DNA of 51,895 bases from Octopus bimaculoides (Eukaryota), in contig NC_068981.1 in assembly GCF_001194135.2 (NCBI RefSeq), positions 47,793,445 to 47,845,339 of the forward strand, read 5' to 3'. Below, piece after piece: positions 25,831 through 38,090 of this stretch. The position numbers were made by a program, and so were the translations under genes. Within the stretch, counting starts at the first letter, position 1, and the number at the start of each line of letters is the position of its first letter. Below the pieces are notes generated by a model that saw only the letters and a program-made list of their open reading frames with translations, was not told the DNA's origin and searched no databases.

Positions 25831-26215
25831 TAATAACAACAACAACAACATCGAAAATTACCTTAAGAATGAGAACCCAGGTTCGAAATTTCCCCCAAGA
25901 CACCTAATGAAGGCTGAAGGGTATATCAGCCGAAGTGTTGTGTTAACAACAAGCAATATGAGGACAAATATCCATCAGATGTAAATAATGGAAAAACCAT
26001 CACACTAGATAAAGCAAATTAAATAAGAGAATTTGACCAAAGCCAGGCATACAAATACTTAGGAATGAATGAACTGGGTACGATACAACACACACAAATG
26101 AAAGAAAAAAAATAATAAAAAAGAATACTGTAGACGAGTTAGATTAATACTGACAACAAAGCTCAATGCGAAAACCAAGACGATAGCTATCAACTCTCTA
26201 GCACTCCCCGTTATG
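24480..26215 (+). mobile_element. R4/Dong-clade LINE, 5' ORF region, internally deleted
   Basis: KQFNINLKRFYQALGKN, KLSNWKSPGHENIPNF, and AYKYLG near 26050. Confidence 0.8.
25733..25990 (+). mobile_element. tRNA-headed SINE with an (AAT)n spacer and a Penelope-like tail containing a degenerate hammerhead
   Basis: A-box ggcgtagtggttaag and B-box gagttcgattccc, then (aat)n, then gacacctaatgaaggctg...cagccgaagtgttgtgtt. Confidence 0.8.
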
Positions 26216-28075
26216 GAGGACCCAATTTATAGGGCTATGAGTTAATGACCATCTACACAGTATCCCGTCCTTAGTCCTCACAGAGACCAATCTCAGTTAT
26301 CTCCACTTGGAACCTGAGTGAGAGTGAAGGATTTTACAGCTATCCGTGCAGATCGTGTTTGCAGAAGAAAGGGTGGGACCACCATTTTGGTACACGATAC
26401 TTTTTCGGCTGAAGGAATGGACGTATTTACCAATGGCTACTGTGAAGCAGCTTCTGTGTACAGAAAAAATCCCCAATAGTAGTTGTGCTCTTTAAGCCAC
26501 ACCTAACTCCTTTACTACGCTTCAAGGAAGGCCTCAACATTATTAAGTGTTTCATCCATCAGAGTCGTGCCAACAACATGTTAATGATAGCGGCGGGGGA
26601 CTTTACATTTCCCAGTGTTAATTGGTCCACAAACAGCTTGAAAGCAGGTTTTTCCGCCTCAACCCAGAATAAGGAAGCAATCGAATCGACTTTTGATTTC
26701 ATGAATGAATCTGTCCTGGCCCAACTTGTTCTCAAACCAACAAGGTGTCACAAAAAAACACCTTGGACCTATTGTTCAGTAACCACACTTCCACTATCCA
26801 CAATATTGGCGTGGAAAAAACACCACTAGTCTCAGACCATGACATGTTTCTCTGTGATCTGAGATTCTACCATCTAAAGATCAGACGCAATGGCATCTCT
26901 CCAGCCCATTCAGTTCCCTTTATGGATCTTTATAACGCAGACTGGAATGCGATCAAGCATGATTTTCACAAGTTTGTGGGCCTTCACTCACACACACGCG
27001 CATATATACATACATGCATCATGGCAGACATTTGTAGATACTGTAACAAATATATGCGCAAAACATCCCATTAACATCAGTAAACAAATCTAAGAGCAGA
27101 ATCTCAAGAAATAGAAGAGCAATTATCAGAAAAATAAAACAAATTAACAAGAAACTCGACCAACATAAATACAGCCAGCAGCAACACACCCATTCGACTG
27201 TCATCGCATCACATGCGTCCCAAAAACACAACCTCAAAAAAAGATTGAACATCATTAATACACAAAGAGCAGCTGAGGAGAGGCGGGCTATTGAGAAAAT
27301 AAAACTCAATCCCAAAGTGTTCATTTCATTTGCTAGAAAACATAAAGTCGCTGTTTCCACTGCTGGTTATCTGGTTGTTGAGAACAACATTCTATGTGAT
27401 GATGCAAAATACATGTGCGAGATACTTCAGAAACATAACTGCTCTGTTTTCAGTAACGCTAACGTGGTTGATCTGGCTAGTATCAGTGCTGTAAAACCTC
27501 AGTTAACTACATCTGACATACATTTTGGTGCTCCTGATATACTAACAGAAATAAATAAGAACAAGCACAACTCGACAGTAGGTACCGATAATTTTCCGTC
27601 CACTGTCCTGAAGGTGTGTCGACATTAAATTGCACGCCATCTAGCTGAGCTCTGGAGGAACTCACTTGACGCAGGCTACATTCCTGATAATTTTCTTTCC
27701 TGGTCTGTTGTCCCTGTTTTCAAAAAGGTAAAAATCTCTTGTAGCGAATTACCGTTCAATTTCACTCACCCCTCATATCATTAACGTATATGAGAGAGTT
27801 GTGAGATCGCGAATAATTCACTTCCTCGAAGACAAAAATCTGCTAAACCCTAACCAGCATGGTTTCTGAGACGGTAGGGAATGCCTGTCGCTGCTTCCGC
27901 GCCATTTTGATGACATTTAAAAACCTTTGGGAGAAGGCTACATCTCTGACGTCATATACCTTTCAACAAGGCATTTGACAGAGTAGACAACAAAATCCTG
28001 TTGAAGCAACTGTCCAACATTCGAGTCCGTGTAGAGCTGCTGCAGTGGATATTTTTTTTTCCTGACAAACGATTG
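26215..28075 (+). mobile_element. CR1/Jockey-group LINE fragment (APE endonuclease end plus RT start), decayed
   Basis: AAGDFTFPSVNW and TLDLLFSN (APE); GYIPD, VVPVFKKG, PNQHGF and FNKAFDRVD (RT). Confidence 0.8.
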
Positions 28076-28429
28076 CAATAAATGTATTTGGATTTTAAAG
28101 GAACAGAATATTAAATACCATTAAAAGTGGTCCATTATCAGTTATGCAACATCGAATAATATTGGTAATTCTGCCTGTGGAATTTGTCTAGCAGAATTAT
28201 ATATTATAATTTATATATATATAGAACAAAGAATGTGTGTGTGTTTAGTACGTATGCATTTCTAGAGTTTTCAACCGATGATCACCAAATGTTACACACA
28301 CATTACTTATGTGCCAAGGAGAGTTACACTATAACACTTTGCCCAGATTTACTGCCTAACACGTGACACTGGGTAAAAGGTGATTTACACGGGATTTTCT
28401 GTAAAAACGTCTGCAGGTTTCAACCTATT

Positions 28430-28453
28430 GTCTCCCTTTTCTCTTTCTCTCTC

Positions 28454-28503
<50 letters not shown>

Positions 28504-28546
28504 TTCTCTGTCATTTATTTCTCTCTCTCTCTCTTTCTCTGTGATT

Positions 28547-28584
<38 letters not shown>

Positions 28585-28700
28585 ATTCTCCGTTTCTCCT
28601 GCTTGCACATATTTTCTCTCACCCATTGTAGTAGTTCCTCTCTTTTAGTCTATGTTTGTTTCTTTCACTCCCTCTCTTTCTCTGTCTCCCTTCAACTCAC
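28430..28700. repeat. (CT)n-rich tract
   Basis: Directly visible. Confidence 0.9.
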
Positions 28701-30320
28701 TTCTGTCTACAAATTAAATGTGTTGTATTACGGTCTTGCACATTCTCCCTGCAAAATAATTTACTTATTCTAATTTTTTGTTCAGCCAGTGTGTTTTAAT
28801 TCACTCGTTCCACATCTGCCCAACAATTGATTTCAGTGTAGTTCAATTTTGACGTGAGTAAATATCTTTACCTTTACGGTATTTGTACGTTCTCCTTACA
28901 ATATTACTTTACTTATTTAAAATTTCTTGCACTACATTTATTTAAATACACTGTTTACATTTCTCCCTTTTTTGTGCATGCGGTTCTGCATGCGTACGTA
29001 TTACTGCTGTGGGATATATAAAGCAGATAAAACTTTATTACTAAGCAATGCAATTTCAACGACACTCGTGAGCAGTCTTGCTTTACAAAGAATTTATTCT
29101 AAAATGGCTCGTGTTTTCACTGAAGCTATTTTCTTCTACAAGCTTATATGCTCAAACAGGTTTTGCGAGTCCTATCTACAAGTTTAACTAAAGGGTAAAG
29201 CACTTGACACATAATCACAGGGATGTGAGTTCGGGTCTCATGGGTGTCCGCTAACAACTTTTTCTGCAATATATGGATAGTTTATTCTGTTCATGCTATT
29301 GTATTAACATTACCATGCGTTTGAGAATAAATTATTTCTGTATCTTTCAATACATCACAGTAAGTTGAATTTATATATATATATATATATNNNNNNNNNN
29401 NNNNNNNNNNNNNNNNNNNNNNNNNNNNNNNNNNNNNNNNNNNNNNNNNNNNNNNNNNNNNNNNNNNNNNNNNNNNNNNNNNNNNNNNNNNNNNNNNNNN
29501 NNNNNNNNNNNNNNNNNNNNNNNNNNNNNNNNNNNNNNNNNNNNNNNNNNNNNNNNNNNNNNNNNNNNNNNNNNNNNNNNNNNNNNNNNNNNNNNNNNNN
29601 NNNNNNNNNNNNNNNNNNNNNNNNNNNNNNNNNNNNNNNNNNNNNNNNNNNNNNNNNNNNNNNNNNNNNNNNNNNNNNNNNNNNNNNNNNNNNNNNNNNN
29701 NNNNNNNNNNNNNNNNNNNNNNNNNNNNNNNNNNNNNNNNNNNNNNNNNNNNNNNNNNNNNNNNNNNNNNNNNNNNNGAGTCGTTTTTTATAAATAGACA
29801 TGATTCCAAGATCATTTAAAATTAATAAATAACACAACAGACATGTGATTCTTAGGTCTAACTTTTTCTTTATGAAGTTCTTCTTTTTATCTTATTGTGC
29901 ATCTGGTGAGTACACTTTAACAACTCAGATTCTTAAATTGATTTTGTTTTCATTCTGTATAAAACGACCATCTAGAGAATTGATAAAATATTTTATTCCA
30001 TATTAACATCTAATCGCCTCCATTTATGAATGATTTGATTGAATTTATCGAACTTCCTTCGTCCTATAACTGAAATCATATGCTTAATATAAGTATATAA
30101 GTTTTCATATCTACGCCATTTTACACTTGTAAATCAAAAGTAAAGTATGAATAATCAACGATAGAAATCTTTTCGAAGCTACTACTTCAATTCAAGGACG
30201 AATACTCATACAAATGTTTTTAATAATATATGTGCGCGTGTGCGTGTGTTTATATAATTGCATATATGTATATATACATACACACATATATAGACATATA
30301 TACATACACACACACACACA

Positions 30321-30357
<37 letters not shown>

Positions 30358-30359
<2 letters not shown>

Positions 30360-31325
30360 TAATTAATTATTGCGATGTAAAGTATAGAAGTTTCTATTAA
30401 GCATTAGAATNNNNNNNNNNTCTATTAAGCATAACGTAGAATTGTTGTGCTCTTTAGACATAACATGACGTCATCAATTTTAGTAGATAAATATACTCGT
30501 TTGTATGTTATTTTTTTTATTTTTATTATTATTTGCTTTTATTTTTATACCATTTTGTATATAGATTTCAAATTTTCAAAAATATGGAATTGATATGGTA
30601 TTTTATATTTTACATTTATAAACCAAATATATACATCTCTATGTATCTCTATTATTAATTGTAGTTTTTCAATTATCATACAATAATCTAAATTCCTGTC
30701 AAAGCTATGATGTAAGAATGTATAGGTATTTATTTACATCTTCCGTTATTTTTATTCTTTAGATATCTAGCGTAGTCAGCAATAATTGCATGTATTATTA
30801 TTAATTATGATAATTTTTCAATTATTAATTAATAAGTTTATTTCCTATATGAAGTTTAATTCCTATTATAATGAATAAATAGGTACTTCGTACATTTTTC
30901 TCCATTTTTGAATTTTTTAATTACTCAATGATATCCTCAGTGGCTGTATATGTTGTTGAATATAATATTTTCTCCGGTTATTGTAAAATAAGCTTAATTC
31001 CTATGGAAGGATTTATTATGTTAGGTTAATAAATAGGTAATTAATTATTGCGATGTAAAGTATAGAAGTTTCTATTAAGCATTAGAATTATTATCTTTAG
31101 CTTCTCTCCTTTCATTGTCTATTAAGCATAACATAGAATTCTTGTGTTCTTTAGACATAAAATGACGTCATCAATTTTAGTAGATAAATATATTCGTTTG
31201 TATGTTATTTTTTTTATTTTTATTATTATTTGCTTTTATTTTTATACCATTTTGTATAGAGATTTCAAATTTTCAAAAATATGGAATTAATATGGTATTT
31301 TATATTTTACATTTATAAACCAAAT
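30358..31325 (+). repeat. About 290-bp direct repeat (30358-30628 and 31036-31325) around an AT-rich spacer
   Basis: The first 53 bp are identical and the remainder differs by few substitutions. The first copy is broken by a 10-N gap. Confidence 0.85.
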
Positions 31326-31499
31326 TAGCTATTCAATGACATCGCTCTGGTTTGAATGAATGAATGTCTTAAGTTAAANNNNNNNNNNTTTTGTCAACAT
31401 TGTTTAAGAACAAAACTTTTTTCAGATGTTCAGTCCAAATTTCATCAATTTGGGCTTCCTTGATAAGGTTGTGTTGACAAAATTTATCGTACACAGTAT

Positions 31500-32410
31500 T
31501 ATTACCTGGAAAAGTGCGAGCAAGAGATATAATATTCTTAAATTATATAAACCTGGAAAAATACAGGCCAAGTTATTGCACTTGGAAAAGTTCAGGACAA
31601 GTTACAGTTGGAAAAGTACAGAAGAAAAAAAAATAAATGAAAAAAATTCTGAAAATATTGCAGCAAAAGATAAAATTTCAAATTATATATTTAGATTTAG
31701 AAAATATTAGCTTCTATTAAAACTAAAAAAAATATTTCAAGTTATTATTTCTATTTGTTATTTCCCGATATTTCATTTTAAAAATATAAAGTACCTCAAA
31801 ATATTTTTTGCACTTTAAAAGAATTCATTCTTGTAATTATTAATTAATAATTAGACGTTCAAAATGAGGTTATAAAAGATAATGATACTACATAACCAGT
31901 AACTACAGTAAGTGGAAAAATACAAATCTAAGTAATATATTACAGTAAAATGTTCCTATAACAACAAATTCATAGTAAAATGTGATTGAGTTTTTTCTTA
32001 AATTATTGCCAAGTTTTCACATCTTTAATCTTAACCCAATACCTGTCTTTTACATAATGAATTTGCCTACCCTATTGACTATTCTATTTTGCATAAGATA
32101 TTAGATATATTTGTACTTCTATCTCTCGTCTTTTAAGCATGATTGTGTGTCGATATTTTACCAATATGATGTAATTATTGTTACTCTGTAAATTAAAATT
32201 AAATGTTTTTTAATATTCAAATTTTATACTTAGCTGCAATAATTTAATTTTTCTTAAAGTTTTGCTTTTTTCTCTATTTCACCAGATGTAGTAACTTGTC
32301 CTCGAGTTTTCCAAGTGTAATAATTCGTCCTGTACTTTTCCAGGTTTATTATCTTAAGAATATTACTTCACTAGCTCGCATTTTTCCATATAATCCGTGT
32401 TTTTTCCAGG
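31500..32410. mobile_element. Foldback/MITE-like element with about 180-bp diverged inverted arms carrying repeated TGGAAAA motifs
   Basis: 31500-31680 aligns with the reverse complement of 32230-32410, with four TGGAAAA copies per arm. Confidence 0.65.
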
Positions 32411-34184
32411 CTATGCTACTATGTCAATTAAACATTTAAGATTTTACTTTATTGAAAATTGAGTTTGATAAAGTTTCAAAGAGCAACAACTAATGATATT
32501 GCCCATCTACACCAAATTTATGGCAGATAATTTTACCACCTTGAAGGTTGCACCATCTCTCACCAATCGGGTACAAACAACAACACCCCCAAACCATCAG
32601 TTACCAGGCTCAACTTAAGTAACCTATATTTTGAACTGATGATAATAGCAATGACTGCTGCTGATCTAGATCTATAAATAATCATTCAATACAACAGCAA
32701 TGGTGAAAGCATATCAGATGTACACAAGTGAAACTCACCAACATTTCCATAATACAAAAAAATGATATATGAATACACCTTTAAATTAATTGCGATATTA
32801 AATAATAAGTTTAGAATATAATCCGATTATAACAACCTCCATGTTTAATGTTTAGATTATTGGTATTATCTCCCACCATGATTACATAAACACTTCTGAT
32901 ACAGTCGGTAGATTATAGGTTCTCTCATGTGACCCAGCAGAGATAAGCCGTTAGTCATGACATGATAATATCACCAGTAGGACATTTTCTTAGTGCAGAA
33001 TATTCCCTAATTATATCAATAGCCTGTTTAAATCTTTTGACATATGGATTATGCCTATGCAGTGCTCTATACAAATCTAGCAGGATGTTCTCATTAAGGT
33101 CATTGTCAGCTCCTCTGAGTGACAACCTATTTCTCATCCCATTTTCAGTCTCAATGAAATATAACTGCGTAGACTGGCTTCCAATTTACTGCTAACAGGA
33201 GACTTCCTATGCGGTGGTACAACTTTCCTTCAATCTTGAAAGTAGGCATAAAACTTCTACCACCCAGTGGTCCAACTTGTCGTTTATCTAGTAAATTATT
33301 GTAGTTACCAATTATGTTCAGAAACATTTGACCGCATAGATTAATATCATAGTACTTAGCTATTAATTCTGGGTGTTTTTTTACATATATCTGTGGAACT
33401 TTGTCTTTGCTAAACTTTCCTTTGCAACAGCAAAAGGTAACTTTTCTCAGCACCCAAATGTTTTGCTGTCAAAATGTTTCCACAGTAGTCCAACATAAGG
33501 TTTCAGTTTCCACAGTAGTGCAACATAAGGCTTGGGTTTCGTTCTTTCTCATGAAATTCTGCTATATCAACATCCATAGCCATTCTCTGAGTGACAGGTC
33601 TTTCCTGACGAAGTCTCGATTAGTATCGGGCCTGGTTGCTTGCTTGTCGCTGCTGAATTTGTGACAGCAACGTGTTTTCCTTAGAGTCCTGTTTCCTCGG
33701 CCGATCTGTATACCTCTGTGTTTCTTTTTTCTTGTGGTGTCCACATTACACGGCTTTTATGTGTTTTCAGCCGATTCACATTCCATCTTGCTTGTGTTTA
33801 TTGTGTTTTTTTTCATACTACGGGTTTACTATCTCCCTAACAGATTTGCATTTATCTGTGCCTCTGTTTCTTCTGGTATTTCCATTGCAGGGGTTTCTTG
33901 CATTCTCCTTGGCTTTAGTTCAAGAAACTGAGTAGGGGTAGGTCTTAGTCCGTTTTCTTCAATCAGCATCTGTTGTCTATTCCCAGCAAAGTTTTGTGAA
34001 CGGGAACTGTTTTGCTACAGGTTGTTGCCCTTTCCTTTTCTGGGCATAGTGTGCTGATGAAAGTGTGAATATATATGACAATTAAACATTTAAAATATTG
34101 AGACGATTCAGCTATTTTTTGAGCTAATTTCACTGAACGGGAAGATTTCTTGGTATTTATTGTAAATATTTACCTTAGGCATTT

Positions 34185-34630
34185 ATTTACAATTACACCA
34201 CTCACACTAAACATTATTTAAAGTGCACTTTTCATGTCATTGAATTACTCTAAATGAATTTGATCATTAAAATGTCGGAAATTTAGTATTTTTTATAATA
34301 ATAAAATTAGTCGAACGTATTTTTATGCAGTCGAATGGGCTAAGTTTCCGAGATGTTCATATTTTTTATGTCTGCTATTTCAGAATTCTACGCATGCAAG
34401 AAACACAAGACGAAAGCATATTCAATAACATATTCATGCACGCAACGCCGTAAACAGGCATAACAATAGCACCGATGGCCAACGGCATGATAATAGGTCC
34501 GACAAAGTTTATTAATATCTTTAAAAAATACTAAATTTTCAACATTTTTATGTTCATATTCGTTTGGAGCAATTCAATAACATTGAAATCGCACTTTAAG
34601 ACCGTGTTTAGCGAGTATAGTGTAATTGTA
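34185..34630. mobile_element. MITE-like inverted repeat inside the Helitron
   Basis: About 135-bp arms (34185-34320 versus 34495-34630) at roughly 75% identity by eye. Confidence 0.7.
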
Positions 34631-35129
34631 ATATTTACCGAAGACTAACAGTGTTTTTAGTTTTTCAAAATGTCACCGATAGAGATATTTAAAAGAACGT
34701 AACCTGTTAAGAAAGAATGAAGTAAGAGAAGTAGTAAATATGTGTGAGTGAGAGAGTTATGAGAGGTAACATTGCATGAGATAGTAAGTTCAATACGTGA
34801 TATATATGAGAGGGAAAACCATCAAAGTAACACCGAAGGAGACATGGAAAAGTGCGCAACTGTTTAAGAGAGACAGTGAGTGAGTTAAGAGAAGGCGAGG
34901 GAAAGAGAGAATTGTTAGAGGTAACATTGTATGCGATTCTGTCAATTACCACTCCTCACACTACAGCGTTCAATATGAGAAAGAAGTAGTAAGTATGAGG
35001 AATTATAGGTGAGTCATTGAATAGTGAGAGAGGGTAATTCGTTTTCTCGGATTTTACCAGACTGGAAGCTGACCCCTTCATTAGCGTGAATCCCATGTAA
35101 ATGTTGACACTCTCCAGGTAGCCACGACT

Positions 35130-35450
35130 CCTCATGCCAAGTTCGGTCAAAATTGGCTGAGCGGAATAAATATGGCCATTCAGTCAGTGATCGGTTTCAC
35201 ATACATTTAGCATTTGAATGCTGTCCATCAGATTGCAACCTGACCGTTTAATTTTCGGGAATCCCATATATGTAGGTGCACACCCGATACCTACAGTTTA
35301 TCAAAATCGTTTGAGCGGAAGAATTGTGGCCACAAAATGAGGGATCGGTTTCACATACATTTAGCATTTGAATTGTGTCCCTTCAGATTAGAGCCTGACC
35401 ATTTAATTTTCGGGAATCTCATATATGTGTTGACACTCTTCCGCTACCCA
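35130..35450. repeat. About 155-bp tandem repeat, two copies, near the Helitron 5' end
   Basis: gatcggtttcacatacatttagcatttgaat...tttaattttcgggaat occurs twice. Confidence 0.85.
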
Positions 35451-36689
35451 TGGTTCGACAGGCAAAATATGGTCGAAATCGGTCCAGTGGTTGTGGAAGA
35501 GTTTAGTAACGAGATTTTGGCAAAAACATACACACACAAAGAGGCGTAATCAGCGCAATTATATTATAGATGCCCTTTCTGGACAGACTTGCTACATGCA
35601 TTCAGATCTGCCCATAGAGACACGGCCAAAAATGACTATATTCTTTCCTCAGTAAAATTAGATGTGTATACCTGAAGAATATTACACAATAATGAACTCG
35701 TCTGATCAAATAATTAGCCCAACAGAAAACAGGAAAGCAGCTAAAAAGAAATCAGCGAAAAAAGCAGAAAGCAAGTAAGGCTGATAGAGATAATTAATAA
35801 TAAAAGTTAGACTTAAGTGCAATATCATATTTAGAATAACTTCATTAATTACAAATAAGTTGTAAAATACAAGCACTTTTGAACAATGACTTTTCTGAAC
35901 AGCATTACTTCATGACATCAGTATTGCCCATAGGGACACAGCCAGGCATGTCTATATTATGTCAAGTGAATTTAGAATTTTAAACTAAATAAAGATAAAC
36001 GTTATTTTTCTATGTAGATATATTTGCTTGCGTGTATTAATAAATTACCTGCATCTTTATAAGAAAAATATTATTCCTTTCATACCAAGGAACAAACTAC
36101 AATATAATCATCTTGAATTTGCAACATGGCTCACCAAACGATAACAAATTGCAAGACCCACGAAATTTTCCGTGACCACGCTCACCTTAAGTCCCGTAGA
36201 TCTTACAATTGTTGCTCATTGAGATGAAAAATAAATACTTGTGTTATGTAATAAATCTAGTTTAATTAACAATGGTCAATGACACATAATTTATTAAAGA
36301 ATATAATTAACTTCATGGCTAATAAATTTAAAACTAAAGTTAAAGTAATATAAAATATGATACTTAAAATTGTGCCTTTTCTGAACTACCATACTACATG
36401 ATTCAGTGCTGCTGATAGAGACAAAGTCACAAGTGGCTATATTTTATTGAATAATTTAGGTTGTTTAAAACAAAATTTAATAAGAATTTATTTATAAAAG
36501 CAAGTAATCCCCCAACCCACATCACAACAAACCCTTCATGGGATAGCTGTACAACTGGATTATTAAGCAAGCTTGTATACTTTATTTTAAAAGTATAGTA
36601 TTAAGAATCCTAACACAAAAGTAGATTATGAATATGAACGATTTATGTGTGTTTAAATTTTATTTTTTAAATTATATACAAAAACAACA

Positions 36690-37135
36690 AAAAATATTTA
36701 ATTTAATGGGACCAAAACTATGAAATTCCTCGTGGTGTCGTGGATAATTGTTTCCTTACATCAATGATGCCAGTGACATATATAAAAAGACCCTTATGGA
36801 ACTATATTCATAAAAAAATATAGACCTATATCATCACCCTCAAATTCAAGAAACAATCACTCATAGCATTTTACTTTTAGAATTCCATTGCATGAGATTG
36901 TTAATTGATATAAAAGGCAATAAAAAATATTTAATTTAGCGGGACTAAAATTATGAAATTACTCGCTGTGTCGTTGATAATATTTTCCTTGCCTCAATGA
37001 TACCGGTGATATATATCAAAAGTCCCCTTAACGAACTATATTCATAAAAAATGTATAGAATTATATTATCACTCTCAAAATTGAGAAACAAACACTCATA
37101 TTATTTTTCTTTTAGAACTTCCTTGCATGAGATTG
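36690..37135 (+). repeat. 233-bp tandem duplication; each copy has a signal-peptide-like micro-ORF and a GTGA donor-like site
   Basis: ATG 36720 gives MKFLVVSWIIVSLHQ* and ATG 36953 gives MKLLAVSLIIFSLPQ*. Each is 53 nt from ATG to gtgaca/gtgata. Confidence 0.8.
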
Positions 37136-37608
37136 ATATCATGAAATTCCTCGAATTGAGCTCTATCACTTAAGCTTAATTAGAATAAAGTATGTTTTAA
37201 GAATAAAAACAGTTAATCCAATTTTTTGCCTTATATATTTTATTCATATTCTATCCCACAACTTTTTTGATACAAACTTTTTGTTACATGGGACAAACAC
37301 TATTGAATTCCTAATGCATTCATGAACCATTTAAGCTAAAATACATATATTTAGCTTTAAAACCAAAGTTAACTAGATCTAAACATTATTGGTGGCGTGA
37401 CTGACTGTCCTATAATGCTGCAACAATTTTGAAGTAAACGTTTTTCTACTGGGCCAAATCTCAATTATTTTTTATGCAAAAATGTAGCTAGGGATCAGTG
37501 CTCTTCAAAAATGTTAACCGGTTTTAATTTCTTTAAGAACTGAATTAGCGACAAAGTCCGAAATATAGTGCGTGTGAGTAAATTGTGGCCTTCAGAATAT
37601 TATTCAGC

Positions 37609-37950
37609 TATTAGGTTGTTCAGACAATAAGGGCCGATTTCAGAAGCGTAATTTTATTCTGGAAAAAATTAACAATAGAAATGTTTTGATTAGTCAAAGT
37701 ATGAGCCGTGAACATCTCTGCCATCGATCAACGAGATTATTTATGCCTCATTGATGAAAACTTAATGGCTTTGATGCAACAAATTTTTTGAAAGCTGATT
37801 CCATCTTTATTTTGGACCTGAAAGTTTTATCACTGAAAAACGTATGTAAATGCTTAAAAATTTGGTAATCGTTGGGTGAAAGATCAGAAGAATATAGAGT
37901 ATGTGGCAAAGTTTCGTATCCCAAGTCTGTGAATCTCTGCTGCTTATCGG
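37609..37950 (-). mobile_element. mariner (DD34D-type) transposon 3' fragment
   Basis: LGYETLPHTLYSSDLSPNDYQIFKHL is a variant of the YSPDLAPSD motif. TIR tattaggttgtt at 37609. Confidence 0.85.
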
Positions 37951-38090
37951 TGTTTGGCCTGTCTTTACGTTCTGAGTTCAAATTCCGCCAAGGTCGACTT
38001 TGTCTTTCATTCTTTCGGGTTCGATAAATTAATCGACGGGCCCCCTGCCCAGAAATTGTCTGGCCTTGTTCCTAGAGTAGAAAAGAATAT
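37945..38090 (+). mobile_element. SINE, second family
   Basis: gtctttacgttctgagttcaaattccgccaaggtcgactttg...ggccttgttcctagagtagaa. Confidence 0.7.

Larger units (their letters stand above)
32530..35570 (-). mobile_element. Helitron 5' portion: A|TC terminus at 35570, subterminal tandem repeats, decayed Rep-Hel N-terminus from ATG 34047
   Basis: The minus strand starts atctataatataa. Peptides FCCCKGK, FMPTFKIEGKLYHRIGSLL, LHRHNPYVKRFKQA and RRYNAPTVSEV are typical of the Helitron helicase-like N-terminal domain. Confidence 0.8.

Noticed and set aside
28780-29190. Cys-containing 86-aa ORF, a gtgagt-flanked segment and minus-strand CKQC motifs as another family unit
   Set aside because: The strand is ambiguous, the candidate exon has stops in all frames, and the motif match is too weak.
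29840-29906. Leader-like segment ending at gtgagt
   Set aside because: It has a stop right after the ATG and no Cys-rich partner exon downstream; T-rich DNA mimics signal peptides.
30358-31325. TRIM/LTR element interpretation of the direct repeat
   Set aside because: No TG...CA ends, primer-binding site or polypurine tract was seen.
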